DNA from: an uncultured delta proteobacterium
Lineage (GTDB): Bacteria; Desulfobacterota; Binatia; Binatales; Binataceae
Assembly: GCA_963808235.1 (NCBI GenBank)
Contig: CAWEEQ010000004.1
Coordinates: 576,001 to 640,000, forward strand
DNA length: 64,000 nucleotides
Reading direction: 5' to 3'
Part shown: positions 48,664-59,624 of the stretch, one piece after another
Layout: every line of letters begins with the position of its first letter
How positions within the stretch are numbered: position 1 is the first letter of the stretch
Notes under the pieces: generated by a model
The model's input: only the letters and a program-made list of their open reading frames with translations
What the model was told of the DNA's origin: nothing
Database searches by the model: none
Program-made: the position numbers and the translations under genes

Positions 48664-51145
48664 CTACGACAGGTTCGTGGATACCCCGGAGTCATCGTCA
48701 TCGTCACGCACGATCGGTACCTTCGGTTCCGGCTCCGGCTCGCGCAGAAACGCGAGATCGCCTTCGACCTTGCCCGGCTTGAAAAATGTATCCGGGTCAG
48801 TCAACACCAGCGCGTGCTTCAGCACCTCGTCCATATGATCGACCTGGACCAAAGTGACGTTCTTAAGAATCTGAGGCGCGATCTCCTCGATATCCTTCGC
48901 ATTCTCCTTCGGGATCAGAATCGTCTTGATCCCTCCGCGATGCGCCGCGAGCACTTTCTCCTTGAGTCCGCCAATCGGCAGCACCCGTCCGCGCAGCGTG
49001 ATCTCTCCGGTCATCGCCAGATCGTTGCGAATCGGTGAGCGCGTCAGCGCCGAGACCAGCGCCGTCGCCAGCGTGATTCCCGCCGACGGTCCGTCCTTCG
49101 GGATAGCGCCCTCGGGAATATGAATGTGGATGTCGATTCGATGATAGAAGCCGCGGTCCAGGCCCAGCACTTCCGCGCGCGATCGCACGTAGGACAGCGC
49201 CGCCTGCGCCGATTCCTGCATCACGTCGCCGAGCTGCCCGGTAATAGTCAGCTTGCCCCGGCCCGGCACGATCGTCACCTCGACGCTCAACAGCTCGCCG
49301 CCGAGTTCCGTCCACGCAAGACCCGTCGCGACTCCGACCTGCGGCACCGTCTCCGCCGTTCCGTAGCGGAACTTCGGCACGCCGAGATATTTGCCGAGAC
49401 TCGAGCTCGAAACTTTCACGTGCGCGTTGCGATCGGTCTTGACGACTTCGACCGCGACCTTGCGGCATATCGAGGCGATCTCACGCTCGAGGTTTCTGAC
49501 CCCCGCTTCGCGAGTGTAATGCCGGATGATTCCCTGGATTGCGCCGTCGGATATTTCGATATTCTCCGGCCGCAGCCCGTTGGCCTCCTGCTGCTTCTTC
49601 AGCAGGTACTTCTTGGCGATATTCAGCTTCTCCGATTCCGTGTAGCCCGGGATTCGGATCACTTCCATCCGGTCCTGGAGCGGACGCGGGATACGATCGA
49701 GCGTATTGGCGGTGGTGATAAACATCACCTTCGACAAGTCGTAGTCGCAGTCGAGGTAATGGTCATTGAAGGTGCAGTTCTGCTCCGGGTCGAGCACTTC
49801 GAGCAGCGCCGACGACGGATCGCCGCGGAAGTCCGTGGACATCTTGTCCACTTCGTCGAGCAGCAGCACCGGGTTCGACGACCCCGCCTTGCGCACCGAC
49901 TGGATAACCTTGCCCGGCAGCGCGCCGATATAAGTCCGGCGATGACCCCGAATCTCGGCTTCGTCGCGCACTCCGCCCAGCGACACGCGGACGAACTTGC
50001 GCCCCGTCGCGCGCGCCACCGACTTGCCGAGCGAAGTCTTGCCGACTCCCGGCGGTCCGACCAGGCACAGAATCGGTCCCTTCATCTGGCCGACCAGCGT
50101 CTCCACGGCCAGATATTCCAGGATGCGCTGTTTGACCTTGTCCAGTCCGTAATGATCTTCTTCGAGAACCCGCTCCGCTTCCTTGATGTCGAGCTTGTCT
50201 TCGGTGTACTCGAACCACGGTAGCGCCAGGAACCAGTCCAGGTAATTGCGCACCACGGTCGCCTCGGCCGACATCGGCGACATCATCTTGAGCTTCTTGA
50301 TCTCGCGCTCGCACTTCTCGCGCGCTTCGGCCGGCATCTTTTTCTGCCGGAGCTTTTCTTCCAGCTCCTGGATCTCGTTTTTGAATTCGTCCTTCTCGCC
50401 GAGCTCTTTCTGAATCGCGCGCATCTGCTCGTTGAGGTAGTACTCCTTCGAGGTCTTCTCCATCTGCTTCTTGACGCGGGAGCGGATGCGCTTTTCGACC
50501 TCCAGGATCTCCAGCTCCGACCGCATGTAGCCAAGGATCTTTTCCAAACGCTCGGCCGGATTGGTCGATTCGAGCAGCGCCTGCTTGTCTTCCAGCTTGA
50601 TCCCAAGATGCCCGACCAGCTTGTCGGCGAGGAACGCCGGGATCGTCGACCGCCGCGATCGAGGTCACCATCTCGGGCGGAATCTTCTTGTTGAGCCGCG
50701 CGTAGTTGTCGAAGGTCGAGACCACGGAGCGCATCAGCGCCTCGATCTCGGTGGAGCGATCGTTGACTTCCTCGATCTCCTCCGCCTCGACCTGGAAATA
50801 TTCGTCGTCCGCGACGTAGCGGAGCACCCGCGCGCGCTTCTTCCCTTCGACCAGCGCCTTGACGGTGCCGTCGGGAAGCCGCAGCAACTGCACGACCACG
50901 CCGAGCGTGCCCACCGAATAAAGATCGCCGGCCGCGGGTTCCGTGACCTTCGGATCTTTCTGCGTCACCAGCAGTATCGGCGTCTTCTTCGCCTCGGCGG
51001 CTTCCAGAGCCTTTATCGACTTCTGGCGTCCGACGAAGATCGGATAGACTTCATGCGGAAAAACAATCAGTTCGCGCAGCGGAAAAAGAGGAACGACGTT
51101 GGTCGCTCCATCGCGATTATCTTTTTTGTCATTGCGAAAAAGCAT
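48664..51145 (-). CDS. lon: Lon protease, +1 frameshift near 50638
   Basis: N-domain PLRE.IVFP in ORF 49763-51145 joins the ATPase (GPPGVGKT) and PKDGPSAG in ORF 48664-50547. Confidence 0.95.
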
Positions 51146-51169
51146 TTATAATAATCAGTCTCCCCGGTC

Positions 51170-52423
51170 TTAAGCGGTTTCGGCGGTCTTTTGATAGACC
51201 AGCAGTGGCTGCTCTTTCTGAGTAACCACTTCTTCCGAGATGAGCACCTCCTTGATATTGGGTTGCGACGGAATCTCGTACATCAGATCGACCATGATAC
51301 TTTCCATGATCGCGCGCAGCCCGCGTGCGCCGGACTTGCGCTTGAGCGCCTCGCGCGATATCGCGCGCAGCGCGCCCTGGGTAAATTTCAGGTGAACGTT
51401 CTCCATGTCGAACAGCTTCTGGTACTGGCGCACCAGCGCGTTCTTCGGTTCGGTCAGGATTCGCACCAGCGCTTCCTCGTCGAGCTCGCCGAGCGTGGCG
51501 ATCACCGGCAATCGTCCGACGAACTCCGGGATCAGCCCGAACTTGAGCAGGTCCTCCGGCTGGACTTCATATAGAAGCTCGGAAACCGTCTTGGGATCGC
51601 GATGCGTCAAGTCGGCGCGGAAGCCCATCGTCTTGCCCGAGATTCGGCGCCGGATAATATCGTCCAGTCCCACGAACGCGCCGCCGCATATGAACAGGAT
51701 GTTGGTCGTGTCGACCTGCAGGAATTCCTGCTGCGGATGCTTCCGCCCGCCCTTGGGCGGCACCGACGCCATCGTCCCCTCGATTATCTTCAGCAGCGCC
51801 TGCTGCACGCCTTCGCCCGATACGTCGCGCGTGATCGACGGGTTGTCGCCCTTGCGCGCGATCTTGTCGATCTCGTCGATATAGACGATCCCGCGCTGGC
51901 ATCGCTCGATGTCGTAATCGGCGTTCTGCAGCAGCGACAGTATGATGTTCTCGACGTCTTCGCCGACGTAGCCGGCCTCGGTCAGCGAGGTCGCGTCGGC
52001 AATCGTGAACGGCACCTGCAAAAATCTCGCGAGCGTCTGCGCGAGCAGCGTCTTGCCGACTCCGGTCGGCCCGATCAGCAGGATATTCGATTTCTGCAGC
52101 TCGACGTCGCCGGTCACCATCTGCGAGTCGATTCGTTTGTAATGATTGTGGACCGCGACCGAGAGAATCTTCTTGGCGCGCTCCTGTCCGATCACGTACT
52201 GGTCGAGCACCCGCTTGATTTCGGCGGGCTTGGGCACCGCGGAGCTCTGGCTGAACGCTTCTTCGCTGTCAGTCTCCTCGGCGATTATGTCGTTACAAAG
52301 ATCGATGCATTCGTCGCAGATATAAACCGTCGGGCCGGCAATCAGCTTGCGAACTTCATCCTGGCTCTTTCCGCAAAAGGAGCAAACCAGGTTGCCCGAT
52401 CGATCGTCATGCTTGGCCATCAC
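51170..52423 (-). CDS. clpX: ATP-dependent Clp protease ATPase ClpX
   Basis: CSFCGK zinc finger, [23 protein letters not shown]. Confidence 0.98.
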   Translation of the reverse strand: MMAKHDDRSGNLVCSFCGKSQDEVRKLIAGPTVYICDECIDLCNDIIAEETDSEEAFSQSSAVPKPAEIKRVLDQYVIGQERAKKILSVAVHNHYKRIDSQMVTGDVELQKSNILLIGPTGVGKTLLAQTLARFLQVPFTIADATSLTEAGYVGEDVENIILSLLQNADYDIERCQRGIVYIDEIDKIARKGDNPSITRDVSGEGVQQALLKIIEGTMASVPPKGGRKHPQQEFLQVDTTNILFICGGAFVGLDDIIRRRISGKTMGFRADLTHRDPKTVSELLYEVQPEDLLKFGLIPEFVGRLPVIATLGELDEEALVRILTEPKNALVRQYQKLFDMENVHLKFTQGALRAISREALKRKSGARGLRAIMESIMVDLMYEIPSQPNIKEVLISEEVVTQKEQPLLVYQKTAETA

Positions 52424-52448
52424 TGACTCCCGAAGATCATACCGAAGC

Positions 52449-53045
52449 TCACTTGGAGGTTCCTCGGCTAACGATTACCTCATCAATCAGCCCGTATTCA
52501 ACCGCCTGTTCCGGAGACATGAAATAATCGCGATCGGTATCCTTTTCTATTTTACGCAAGTTCTGTCCCGTATGCTTCATTATGATCGCGTTGATATCCT
52601 CCCGCGCGCGCAAAATTTCCTTCGCGTGGATCTCCAGATCGCTCGCCTGTCCCTGCATCCCGCCCAGCGGCTGATGCAGTATGATTCGCGAATGCGGCAG
52701 CGCATAGCGCCGTCCCTTCGCCCCCGCGAGGAGCAGGATTGCACCCATGCTCCCCGCCTGGCCAAGGCACAGCGTCGAGACCGGCGGCCGGATAAACTCC
52801 ATCGTGTCGTAAATCGCCATCCCCGCCGTCACCGACCCGCCCGGCGAGTTGATATAAAAATTGATCTCTTTTTCGGGATCTTCGGACTCCAGGAACAGGA
52901 ACTGCGCCGTGACCAGGTTGGCCACGTCGTCGTTCACTTCAGTGCCCAGGAAAACGATTCGATCTTTCAGCAGGCGAGAGTAGATGTCGTATGCCCGCTC
53001 ACCGCGGCCAGTCTGTTCTACGACGATCGGTACCAGGTTGCTCAT
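52449..53045 (-). CDS. clpP: Clp protease proteolytic subunit
   Basis: [25 protein letters not shown]. Confidence 0.98.
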   Translation of the reverse strand: MSNLVPIVVEQTGRGERAYDIYSRLLKDRIVFLGTEVNDDVANLVTAQFLFLESEDPEKEINFYINSPGGSVTAGMAIYDTMEFIRPPVSTLCLGQAGSMGAILLLAGAKGRRYALPHSRIILHQPLGGMQGQASDLEIHAKEILRAREDINAIIMKHTGQNLRKIEKDTDRDYFMSPEQAVEYGLIDEVIVSRGTSK

Positions 53046-53207
53046 TAAGGCTCACAGCCGCGACGCCGCCAGCGGGGCAGGAAGGTTTCCCGAGAAAGCC
53101 GCTGACGCATTCAAATTGTAACCACTCGGAAATGGTCGGGCAACCTTGACTGTTCGCGATTACCGCACGGCTTTGAGGGTTTGGAAGATTTTAATGTAGC
53201 GCACGCG

Positions 53208-54530
53208 CTACTTCTGCTCCGCCGGCTCGTCTGCGGGCCCGGAAGAGGCATCTTCGCGTTTTGCGCGGCTCAAAATAAAATCCAGCGCCTTCTCCCGACG
53301 CATCGTCTGCCGCAGCGCCTCCACGTTCTCTTCCTTTCTATAGAACTCCGCCGCCCGATCGCGATTACGCCCGGCCTGCGTCACGATCTCCGCCACTCGA
53401 TTCCCCAGCTCCTCATCATTGATCTCGATCTTTTCCTGCTCCGCCAGCGCGTCGACGATAAGGCCGGTCCGCGCCCGCTTCTCGGCCCGCGACTTCAGAT
53501 CCTCGCCCGCCTGCTTGACCCGCTCGCTGGCGTCCTCATGCGACAGGCCGCCCGCTTCGAGCGTCTGATGCAGTTCGGCTTCCATCGCACTCAACTCCCG
53601 GGCAACCAGAGATTCCGGCAGCTCGACCGGGTTGCGCTCGATCACAAGATCGAGCAGCCCCTGGCGCACCCGCGCATCGGCCTCCTGCTTTGCATGCGCG
53701 ACCAGCTCATTGCGGACCCTGATGCGAAACGCCTCGAGGTTCTCGTCGCCAAGATCCTTGGCGAAGTCGTCATCGACCGTCGGCAGCTCGCGCCGATAAA
53801 TTTCCTTCGGAGTCGCGCGCCATTCGATCGTCTTGCCGGCCAGTTCCTTGTGCGAGTAGTCGGCCGCGTAACTCTTCGAGGCTTTCATCTCCTTGCCGAT
53901 CTCCGCGCCCTTCAGCACTTCGTAAACGCCATGGGCGAGCGCCCGCTCGGAAACCTCGACCAGCCGATCTTCAGTCTTCGCAGTCGAGAGCGGCTTCCCG
54001 TCCTCGTACGCCTCGACCGAGGCGAGCGCGTAATCGCCGTCCGCGACCACGGTGCGATCCTCGACTTTCTTGAGCGTCCCCTGCCGCTCACGGAAACGCT
54101 CGATCGCCTCTTCGACCTGGGCGTCGGTGACCTCGACCTTCGACTCGGGGACCTTCAGGCCCTCGTAGTCCTTCACCTCGATCGTCGGGCGCAAGTCGAA
54201 GGTCGCGATGAACTTGAGCGCGAGCTCCTTCTGCAGGTCGGTCTCTTCGGTAACGATCTCCGGCGCCACCACCGGCTTGAGCGATTTCTCCTCGAGCGCC
54301 TTGTCGGTGTATTCCTTGACCAGCTTCTGCACCACCTCGGTGCGGACCTGCTCGCCGAAAAACCGCTCGAGCAGATTGCGCGGCGCATGCCCGGGGCGAA
54401 AGCCCTTCAGCACCACGCCGCGTTTGAGTTCGTTGAATGCCTTATCCAGCTCGCGCTTGATTTCGTCAGGTTCGACTTCGATCGTGAGCTTGCGCCGGAG
54501 CGTACTTGGTTCTTCTACATTTACATTCAT
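53208..54530 (-). CDS. tig: Trigger factor
   Basis: GFRPGHAP ribosome-binding motif; upstream of clpP. Confidence 0.95.
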   Translation of the reverse strand: MNVNVEEPSTLRRKLTIEVEPDEIKRELDKAFNELKRGVVLKGFRPGHAPRNLLERFFGEQVRTEVVQKLVKEYTDKALEEKSLKPVVAPEIVTEETDLQKELALKFIATFDLRPTIEVKDYEGLKVPESKVEVTDAQVEEAIERFRERQGTLKKVEDRTVVADGDYALASVEAYEDGKPLSTAKTEDRLVEVSERALAHGVYEVLKGAEIGKEMKASKSYAADYSHKELAGKTIEWRATPKEIYRRELPTVDDDFAKDLGDENLEAFRIRVRNELVAHAKQEADARVRQGLLDLVIERNPVELPESLVARELSAMEAELHQTLEAGGLSHEDASERVKQAGEDLKSRAEKRARTGLIVDALAEQEKIEINDEELGNRVAEIVTQAGRNRDRAAEFYRKEENVEALRQTMRREKALDFILSRAKREDASSGPADEPAEQK

Positions 54531-54600
54531 GGCTGATTAATCTTAGCAGATAAACACACCGCGATTAGGGGAATCAACCGAGCGACTCGAAACAACCCTT

Positions 54601-54639
54601 TGTCATTCTGAGCGCAGCGAAGAATCCCGAATCTTTTTC
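54601..54639. repeat. REP-like palindrome, TGTCATYCYG family
   Basis: TGTCATTCTGAGCGCAGCGAAGAATCCCGAATCTTT; related copies at 58771-59485. Confidence 0.75.
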
Positions 54640-54660
54640 GATGCGAGAACATCTCGAATA

Positions 54661-54763
54661 TCTTTCAGGCGGCCGAGAGCAAAATGGCGTTCGCGCTCTG
54701 TGGGCTGCTTTGCGATTGAATGGACACCGGGTGCAGGGGTCACCCCTGCCGCCCCGCGCGCAG
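54661..54763. repeat. ~100-bp direct repeat, copy 1
   Basis: GCGGCCGAGAGCAAAATGGCGTTCG...TTTGCGATTGAATGGACACCGGGTGCAGGGGTCACCCCTGCCGCC, also at 56082-56176. Confidence 0.88.
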
Positions 54764-54786
54764 CGGTCCGAATCCGATCATCTTAT

Positions 54787-55896
54787 TTATTGAAGCGTCG
54801 GCCCGAACCGTATCGGCCCCGGCGTGAGCAAATTCGTCTTCTTCTTGTTCTGCCCGATAATCACCGACGGCGTCTGGCTTCCCCCACTCGCCAACTGGTC
54901 CGGAGTGAAATCGACGATTTGCTGAGCCGCTTCGCATTCATCGTTGTTCGCACCGACCGATACCCAGAGATCGCCCGAATGATCGAAATCAATTCCGCCC
55001 AGGCATGAACCTCCGAAGACGCGTACCGAACGCGGAAGAAGTAACTATCGTCTCCGCCGCCGGCGAGCTTTCTCCGCTCCCGGCCAGCTCTGACGCCGGG
55101 AACATTTCAAGCGCGTCTCCATGCGAAGTGCCGCCCGCAATCCACAGATTCCCCGACGCGTCGAAGCCGAGGTCCGCAACATTGAGCGCGTCAGGCAAGT
55201 CGATCGTAAGCGACGGATTCGGCGCTCCGCTCGCCGCCCGATCGCCCGGCGCAAACCTGAGCAGTTGCTGCGGGCCTAAGGCGGGCGGGAACTGCACCAG
55301 CCAGAGATTGTCGGCCGAATCGAAGCGCATCACGTTGGGAAGGAAATCCGGGCCGGTGATAGTGATACTGGCCGGCAGCGCACCGCCGTGCGCGATCTGC
55401 TTATGCGTAAACTCGACCAGCCCGTGCACGTCCGCGTCGCCGACCCACAAGTCGCCGGCCGCGTCAAAGCCGATCGTGTGCGGCACGGTGAATACCTCCG
55501 GCTTGTTCTGATTCGGATAACCAATAGTCACTTTGGGCAGCACCGTAAATCCGCTCGCGATCGCGACGATATCCGCGGCACTGATTTCCACCACCGGCGC
55601 CCCGCCGTTGCCGATCGTCGTCCCCGAAAATCCGATCCACAAGTTATTGTGCCGTCGAAAATCATCGACGTCGGATCGAAGATAACCCGGCTCCCGAACG
55701 CGAGCCGCGCGCCCGGAGTCCCGCTCTGCTTGAGCGCCTTGCCCTGAAATTCCGAAAAGAATTTCGTCCCGCCGACCCACAGCCCCCGCTCAATCGTCGC
55801 CGCCGGCTGCGCCGCCGCAATCTGTATCGCAAACCCCACCACCCCCGCCGCCGCTAGAATCAGCGAACGAATCCCAGTCCTATAATTCCGAACCAT
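54787..55896 (-). CDS. Secreted NHL/beta-propeller-like protein with two frameshifts (near 55650 and 55020)
   Basis: Signal peptide MVRNY..AAA; repeated FD..G(D/N)LW motifs across three frames; ends PIRFGPTLQ*. Confidence 0.78.
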
Positions 55897-55987
55897 TGTC
55901 CCCCCAAAAATTGCTGATCGACCCGAGCGCATCATCTAAACACCGCCCCCCGCCGGGATCAACCAAGACATCTCAAAATCAAATCAC

Positions 55988-56176
55988 CTGCGCGGTGGGC
56001 GGCAGGGGTGACCCCTTGACGCAGTGAAAGCGTGGAAGTCGAGAACGAAAATATGCGCATCGCATATTTTCGAAAAGTAAATCTTTCCAGCGGCCGAGAG
56101 CAAAATGGCGTTCGTCGGCATTTTGCGATTGAATGGACACCGGGTGCAGGGGTCACCCCTGCCGCCAGCCGCGCAG
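55988..56176. mobile_element. 189-bp REPIN/MITE-like element
   Basis: 29-bp inverted repeats (55988-56016 and 56148-56176, two mismatches); internal 12-bp-stem hairpin at 56046-56072. Confidence 0.65.
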
Positions 56177-56362
56177 GCGTGACTAAGATTCCTACGTCCC
56201 TGCTTCCCTCTCGATATCTGGACTTCGTATTCCGGAAAACTTAGACTGCGCCAGATACCCCGAGGGTATTTGCCCGGCATTGGCCCCTGCGATTTTACGA
56301 TTCGCGCCGCCGGCTCAGCCCTCAAAAAATAAACCTCGATCTTTTCAGGAGACCGTACTTAG

Positions 56363-58636
56363 ATGAGCGAAGCGAATATCGTTCTGCCCACCTTAACCAG
56401 CGGACAAGTCATGATCCTGTGGCTCGTCCTCGTCTCGGCCCTGGTCGCCCTCGGCTACGGCGTCCTTCTGATCCGCGTCGTGCTGGCCGCCGACCCCGGC
56501 CCCAAATCGATGACCGACGTGTCCGACGCCATCGAACTCGGCGCGATGGCTTATCTTGGCCGCCAGGTCAAAACCATGATCTGGTTCGTCGCCGCGATCT
56601 TCATAGCCCTCTTCTTCATGTATCGAAATGTCTATCAAGGCCTCTATCTGCCGCTCGGAATCTCCATCGCATTTCTGATGGGCGTCGCCGCGTCGTATGG
56701 CGCCGGTTACGTCGGGATGTGGCTGGCGGTCAAGGGCAACGTCCGCAGCGCCAACGCCGCGCTCACCAGCTTTAAAGATGCGATGGAACTGGCGTTCAAA
56801 GCCGGCGGCGTATCCGGGATGTTCACGGTCGGGCTCGGCCTCCTGGGCGCGACGATAATTTTTCTTGTATTCCGCGAAAATGCGATGAAGGTCCTGGTCG
56901 GCTTCGGCTTCGGCGGCTCGCTCGCCGCACTCTTCATGCGCGTCGGCGGCGGCATCTACACCAAGGCTGCCGACGTCGGCGGCGACTTGGTCGGCAAGAT
57001 CGAGCAGGACCTCCCCGAAGACGACCCACGCAACCCCGCGACGATTGCCGACAACGTCGGCGACAACGTCGGCGATTGTGCTGGGATGGCGGCCAACGTC
57101 TTCGAGTCCTACGAAGTGACTCTCGTCGCCGCGATCATCCTCGCCGCTTACGCGCTCCAGGAGTCCGACTTCATCGCCGCCTACGGCACCTATGCGGGCG
57201 CGTTCGCCGTCAAGTTGATCATGTTCGCGCTCATCCTGCGCGGCGTCGGCGTGTTCTCGTCGATCATCGGAATCATGGCGGTGCGCGTGCCGGCCGGCAA
57301 AATGCTCGATCCGATGCGCCCCATCAACATCGGCTACATGACCTCCGCGATCGCCTCGGTAATCGGATTTTTCGTAGTCAATTATTTCTATCTCGACGAT
57401 CCGCGCACCGGCGCGACCGATTGGCGCTTCGCGTGCTGCGCGTCGCTCGGAATTATTCTCGCCGTAGTAACGCTCTGGCTGACCAACTATTTCACCCACC
57501 CCGACAAAGGCCCCGTGACTGAAACTGCGATGGCGGCGCGCACCGGCCCGGCCACTTTGATTCTTTCCGGTATGGCCGAAGGCCTCGAGTCCTCAGTATG
57601 GGCGCTGCTCGTAATCGCAGCCGCAATCATCGGTGCGATGGCCATCTTCCACGAGAGTTTGGCACTCCAGTTCTACGGAATAGCACTGACCGGCTTAGGC
57701 TTGTTGACCACGACCGGCTTCATCCTCGCGATGGACACCTATGGCCCAATAACCGACAACGCCCACGGCATTTTCGAGATGGGCGGGATCCATCAGGAAG
57801 AAGCCTCAAAGACACTCTCCTGGATGGACGCGATAGGCAACACGACTAAAGCCCTAACCAAGGGCCTGGCAATCGCAACCGCAGTCTTAGCCGCAGTGTC
57901 CCTATTCCGCTCCTTCATCGATGAAGCCCACTTAGGCGCAATCGGCGTCCAGATCAACATGCCCACAGTCTTCGTAGGCCTGATGATCGGCGGCGCAGTC
58001 CCGTTCCTGTTCAGCAGTTTCGCAATAAAAGCAGTAAGCCGCGCAGCCTACCAGATCGTGTTTGAGGTCCGCCGCCAACTACGCGCGCACCCCGGCATCA
58101 TGGAAGGCAAAGAACTCCCCGACTACAGCGCGTGCGTAGACATAGTAACCGCCGCCTCCCAAAAGGAGTTACTAGGCCCCGGCATCTTGGCAATCTTCTC
58201 GCCATTGCTGGTCGGCTTCGGCCTGGGCGCAGGTGCCCTGGGGGGCTTCTTAGGCGGAACAATCCTAACTGGCCAATTGATGGCGGTCTTCATGAGCAAC
58301 GCGGGCGCCAACTGGGACAACGCCAAGAAAAAGGTTGAAGACGGCTTCTTAGGCGGCAAAGGCACCAACGTCCACAAGGCAAGCGTGGTAGGCGACACAG
58401 TAGGCGACCCTTTCAAAGACACCGCCGGCCCCGCGCTCAACCCAATGATAAAGGTGATGAACCTGGTAGCAATCTTAGCCGCCCCCTTCACCACAGCATC
58501 GCTAGGGGGCATAACCCCGCTCCGAGTAGCAGTAGTAGTCCTATCAATCATAGCATTAGCGGTAGCAGTAACCTTCTCAAAGAGAGGCTCAATCGCCGAA
58601 GAAAGCCTGGCAATAGAAACCAAGCAAGCCGCCTAA
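56363..58636 (+). CDS. hppA: Membrane-bound pyrophosphatase, K+-independent H+-translocating type
   Basis: GGGIYTKAADVG, EDDPRNPA.IADNVGDNVGD, GNTTKALTK (Lys determinant), GDTVGDPFKD. Confidence 0.93.
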   Translation: MSEANIVLPTLTSGQVMILWLVLVSALVALGYGVLLIRVVLAADPGPKSMTDVSDAIELGAMAYLGRQVKTMIWFVAAIFIALFFMYRNVYQGLYLPLGISIAFLMGVAASYGAGYVGMWLAVKGNVRSANAALTSFKDAMELAFKAGGVSGMFTVGLGLLGATIIFLVFRENAMKVLVGFGFGGSLAALFMRVGGGIYTKAADVGGDLVGKIEQDLPEDDPRNPATIADNVGDNVGDCAGMAANVFESYEVTLVAAIILAAYALQESDFIAAYGTYAGAFAVKLIMFALILRGVGVFSSIIGIMAVRVPAGKMLDPMRPINIGYMTSAIASVIGFFVVNYFYLDDPRTGATDWRFACCASLGIILAVVTLWLTNYFTHPDKGPVTETAMAARTGPATLILSGMAEGLESSVWALLVIAAAIIGAMAIFHESLALQFYGIALTGLGLLTTTGFILAMDTYGPITDNAHGIFEMGGIHQEEASKTLSWMDAIGNTTKALTKGLAIATAVLAAVSLFRSFIDEAHLGAIGVQINMPTVFVGLMIGGAVPFLFSSFAIKAVSRAAYQIVFEVRRQLRAHPGIMEGKELPDYSACVDIVTAASQKELLGPGILAIFSPLLVGFGLGAGALGGFLGGTILTGQLMAVFMSNAGANWDNAKKKVEDGFLGGKGTNVHKASVVGDTVGDPFKDTAGPALNPMIKVMNLVAILAAPFTTASLGGITPLRVAVVVLSIIALAVAVTFSKRGSIAEESLAIETKQAA

Positions 58637-58721
58637 GATCCGCCTCTCCCTCGAGAGAGGCCGCGCGTCCGTCGCGGGTGAGGGCGCGCACATCGCGCTC
58701 GATGCCCAGCACGGCACCTCC

Positions 58722-58760
58722 AACGGATGGCGACGAAAGTCGCCATCCGTTTCTTGGTTG
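58722..58760 (+). terminator. Rho-independent terminator of hppA
   Basis: AACGGATGGCGAC-GAAA-GTCGCCATCCGTT perfect 13-bp stem, T-rich tail. Confidence 0.85.
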
Positions 58761-58770
58761 TTTATTTTTG

Positions 58771-59485
58771 TGTCATCCTGAGCGGAGGCTGCCGGAGTCG
58801 AAGGATCTCCGCGAAGCGATGCTCCCTCCTACCTCGCCCGTGTATTGATGCGCGAGTTTCCTAGTCGCGCCACCACCCTTAACTGCTCAGCAGCCCAAAC
58901 TCAAAGGTACTCCAGAAATCTCCGCCCAGCGTGGCAGCCGAGCGGGCAGCCAACCCAACCAACCCCCGAACACCGCTACCCCCAGCGCCCTCGCATCTTA
59001 TTTTTGTGTCATCCCGAGCGAAGCCGAGGGACCCCGGATCTTTCTCGACGCCGACCGATCGCACCCCCAATCCAATGCTCAATCGATACTCGGAAAACGA
59101 GACCGTCTTTCTTTGTTTCCCCTCGACTTGAGTTTCCCTCGGGTCATCCTGAGCGGCGGCTGCCGGAGTCGAAGGATCTCCGCGAAGCGATTTCTACCAA
59201 GCACAATTCTGGACGCATTAACCAAATGCCAATTCCTTCCCAAGCTCCGAGCACAGCGAAGAATCCCGTCTCCGGATGCGAAACCCACCATGGGTTTCGC
59301 CCTTCCCCTCGTGACGTGCAACTTCTCCGATACCTCGCCCGTTATTTTCACGGGAGACGACGCCGACCGCTCCGCGGTCGGTAGGTGAGGGTTCTGCGAT
59401 CCAAGCAACCCGCCGAACAACACACCTCAGCGTCCGCGCTCTTTGTGTCATTCCGGGCGAAGCCGAGGAACCCCGGATCTTTCTC
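58771..59485. repeat. Cluster of REP-like palindromes
   Basis: Type A at 58771-58820 and 59143-59191; type B at 59007-59046 and 59446-59485; partial copy at 59247-59267; all in the same orientation. Confidence 0.85.
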
Positions 59486-59624
59486 AACGTCATCGACACC
59501 ACACCATGCCACTCACCAACCGATCACCCGAACATAGGTACTCCGCGCTGAACTGCTGAGGTCTCCATAAGACTTCCAGTTGACATAGCGCTTCCAAAAA
59601 GCGAATGGTGAGCTCGGCATTCCA

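Noticed and set aside
50620-50650. Programmed frameshift or pseudogene in lon
   Set aside because: There is no slippery heptamer, both halves are intact, and many similar indels occur in the window.
57500-58636. Diversity-generating retroelement target
   Set aside because: There is no reverse transcriptase or template/variable repeat pair, and the changes are gains of A at synonymous sites, opposite to DGR A-to-N mutagenesis.
58771-59485. CRISPR array
   Set aside because: The repeats are of two types, spacers range from about 95 to 250 bp, and no cas genes are present.
58845-59502. ORFs within the REP cluster
   Set aside because: They are translations of repeats, with no RBS or coding-like composition.
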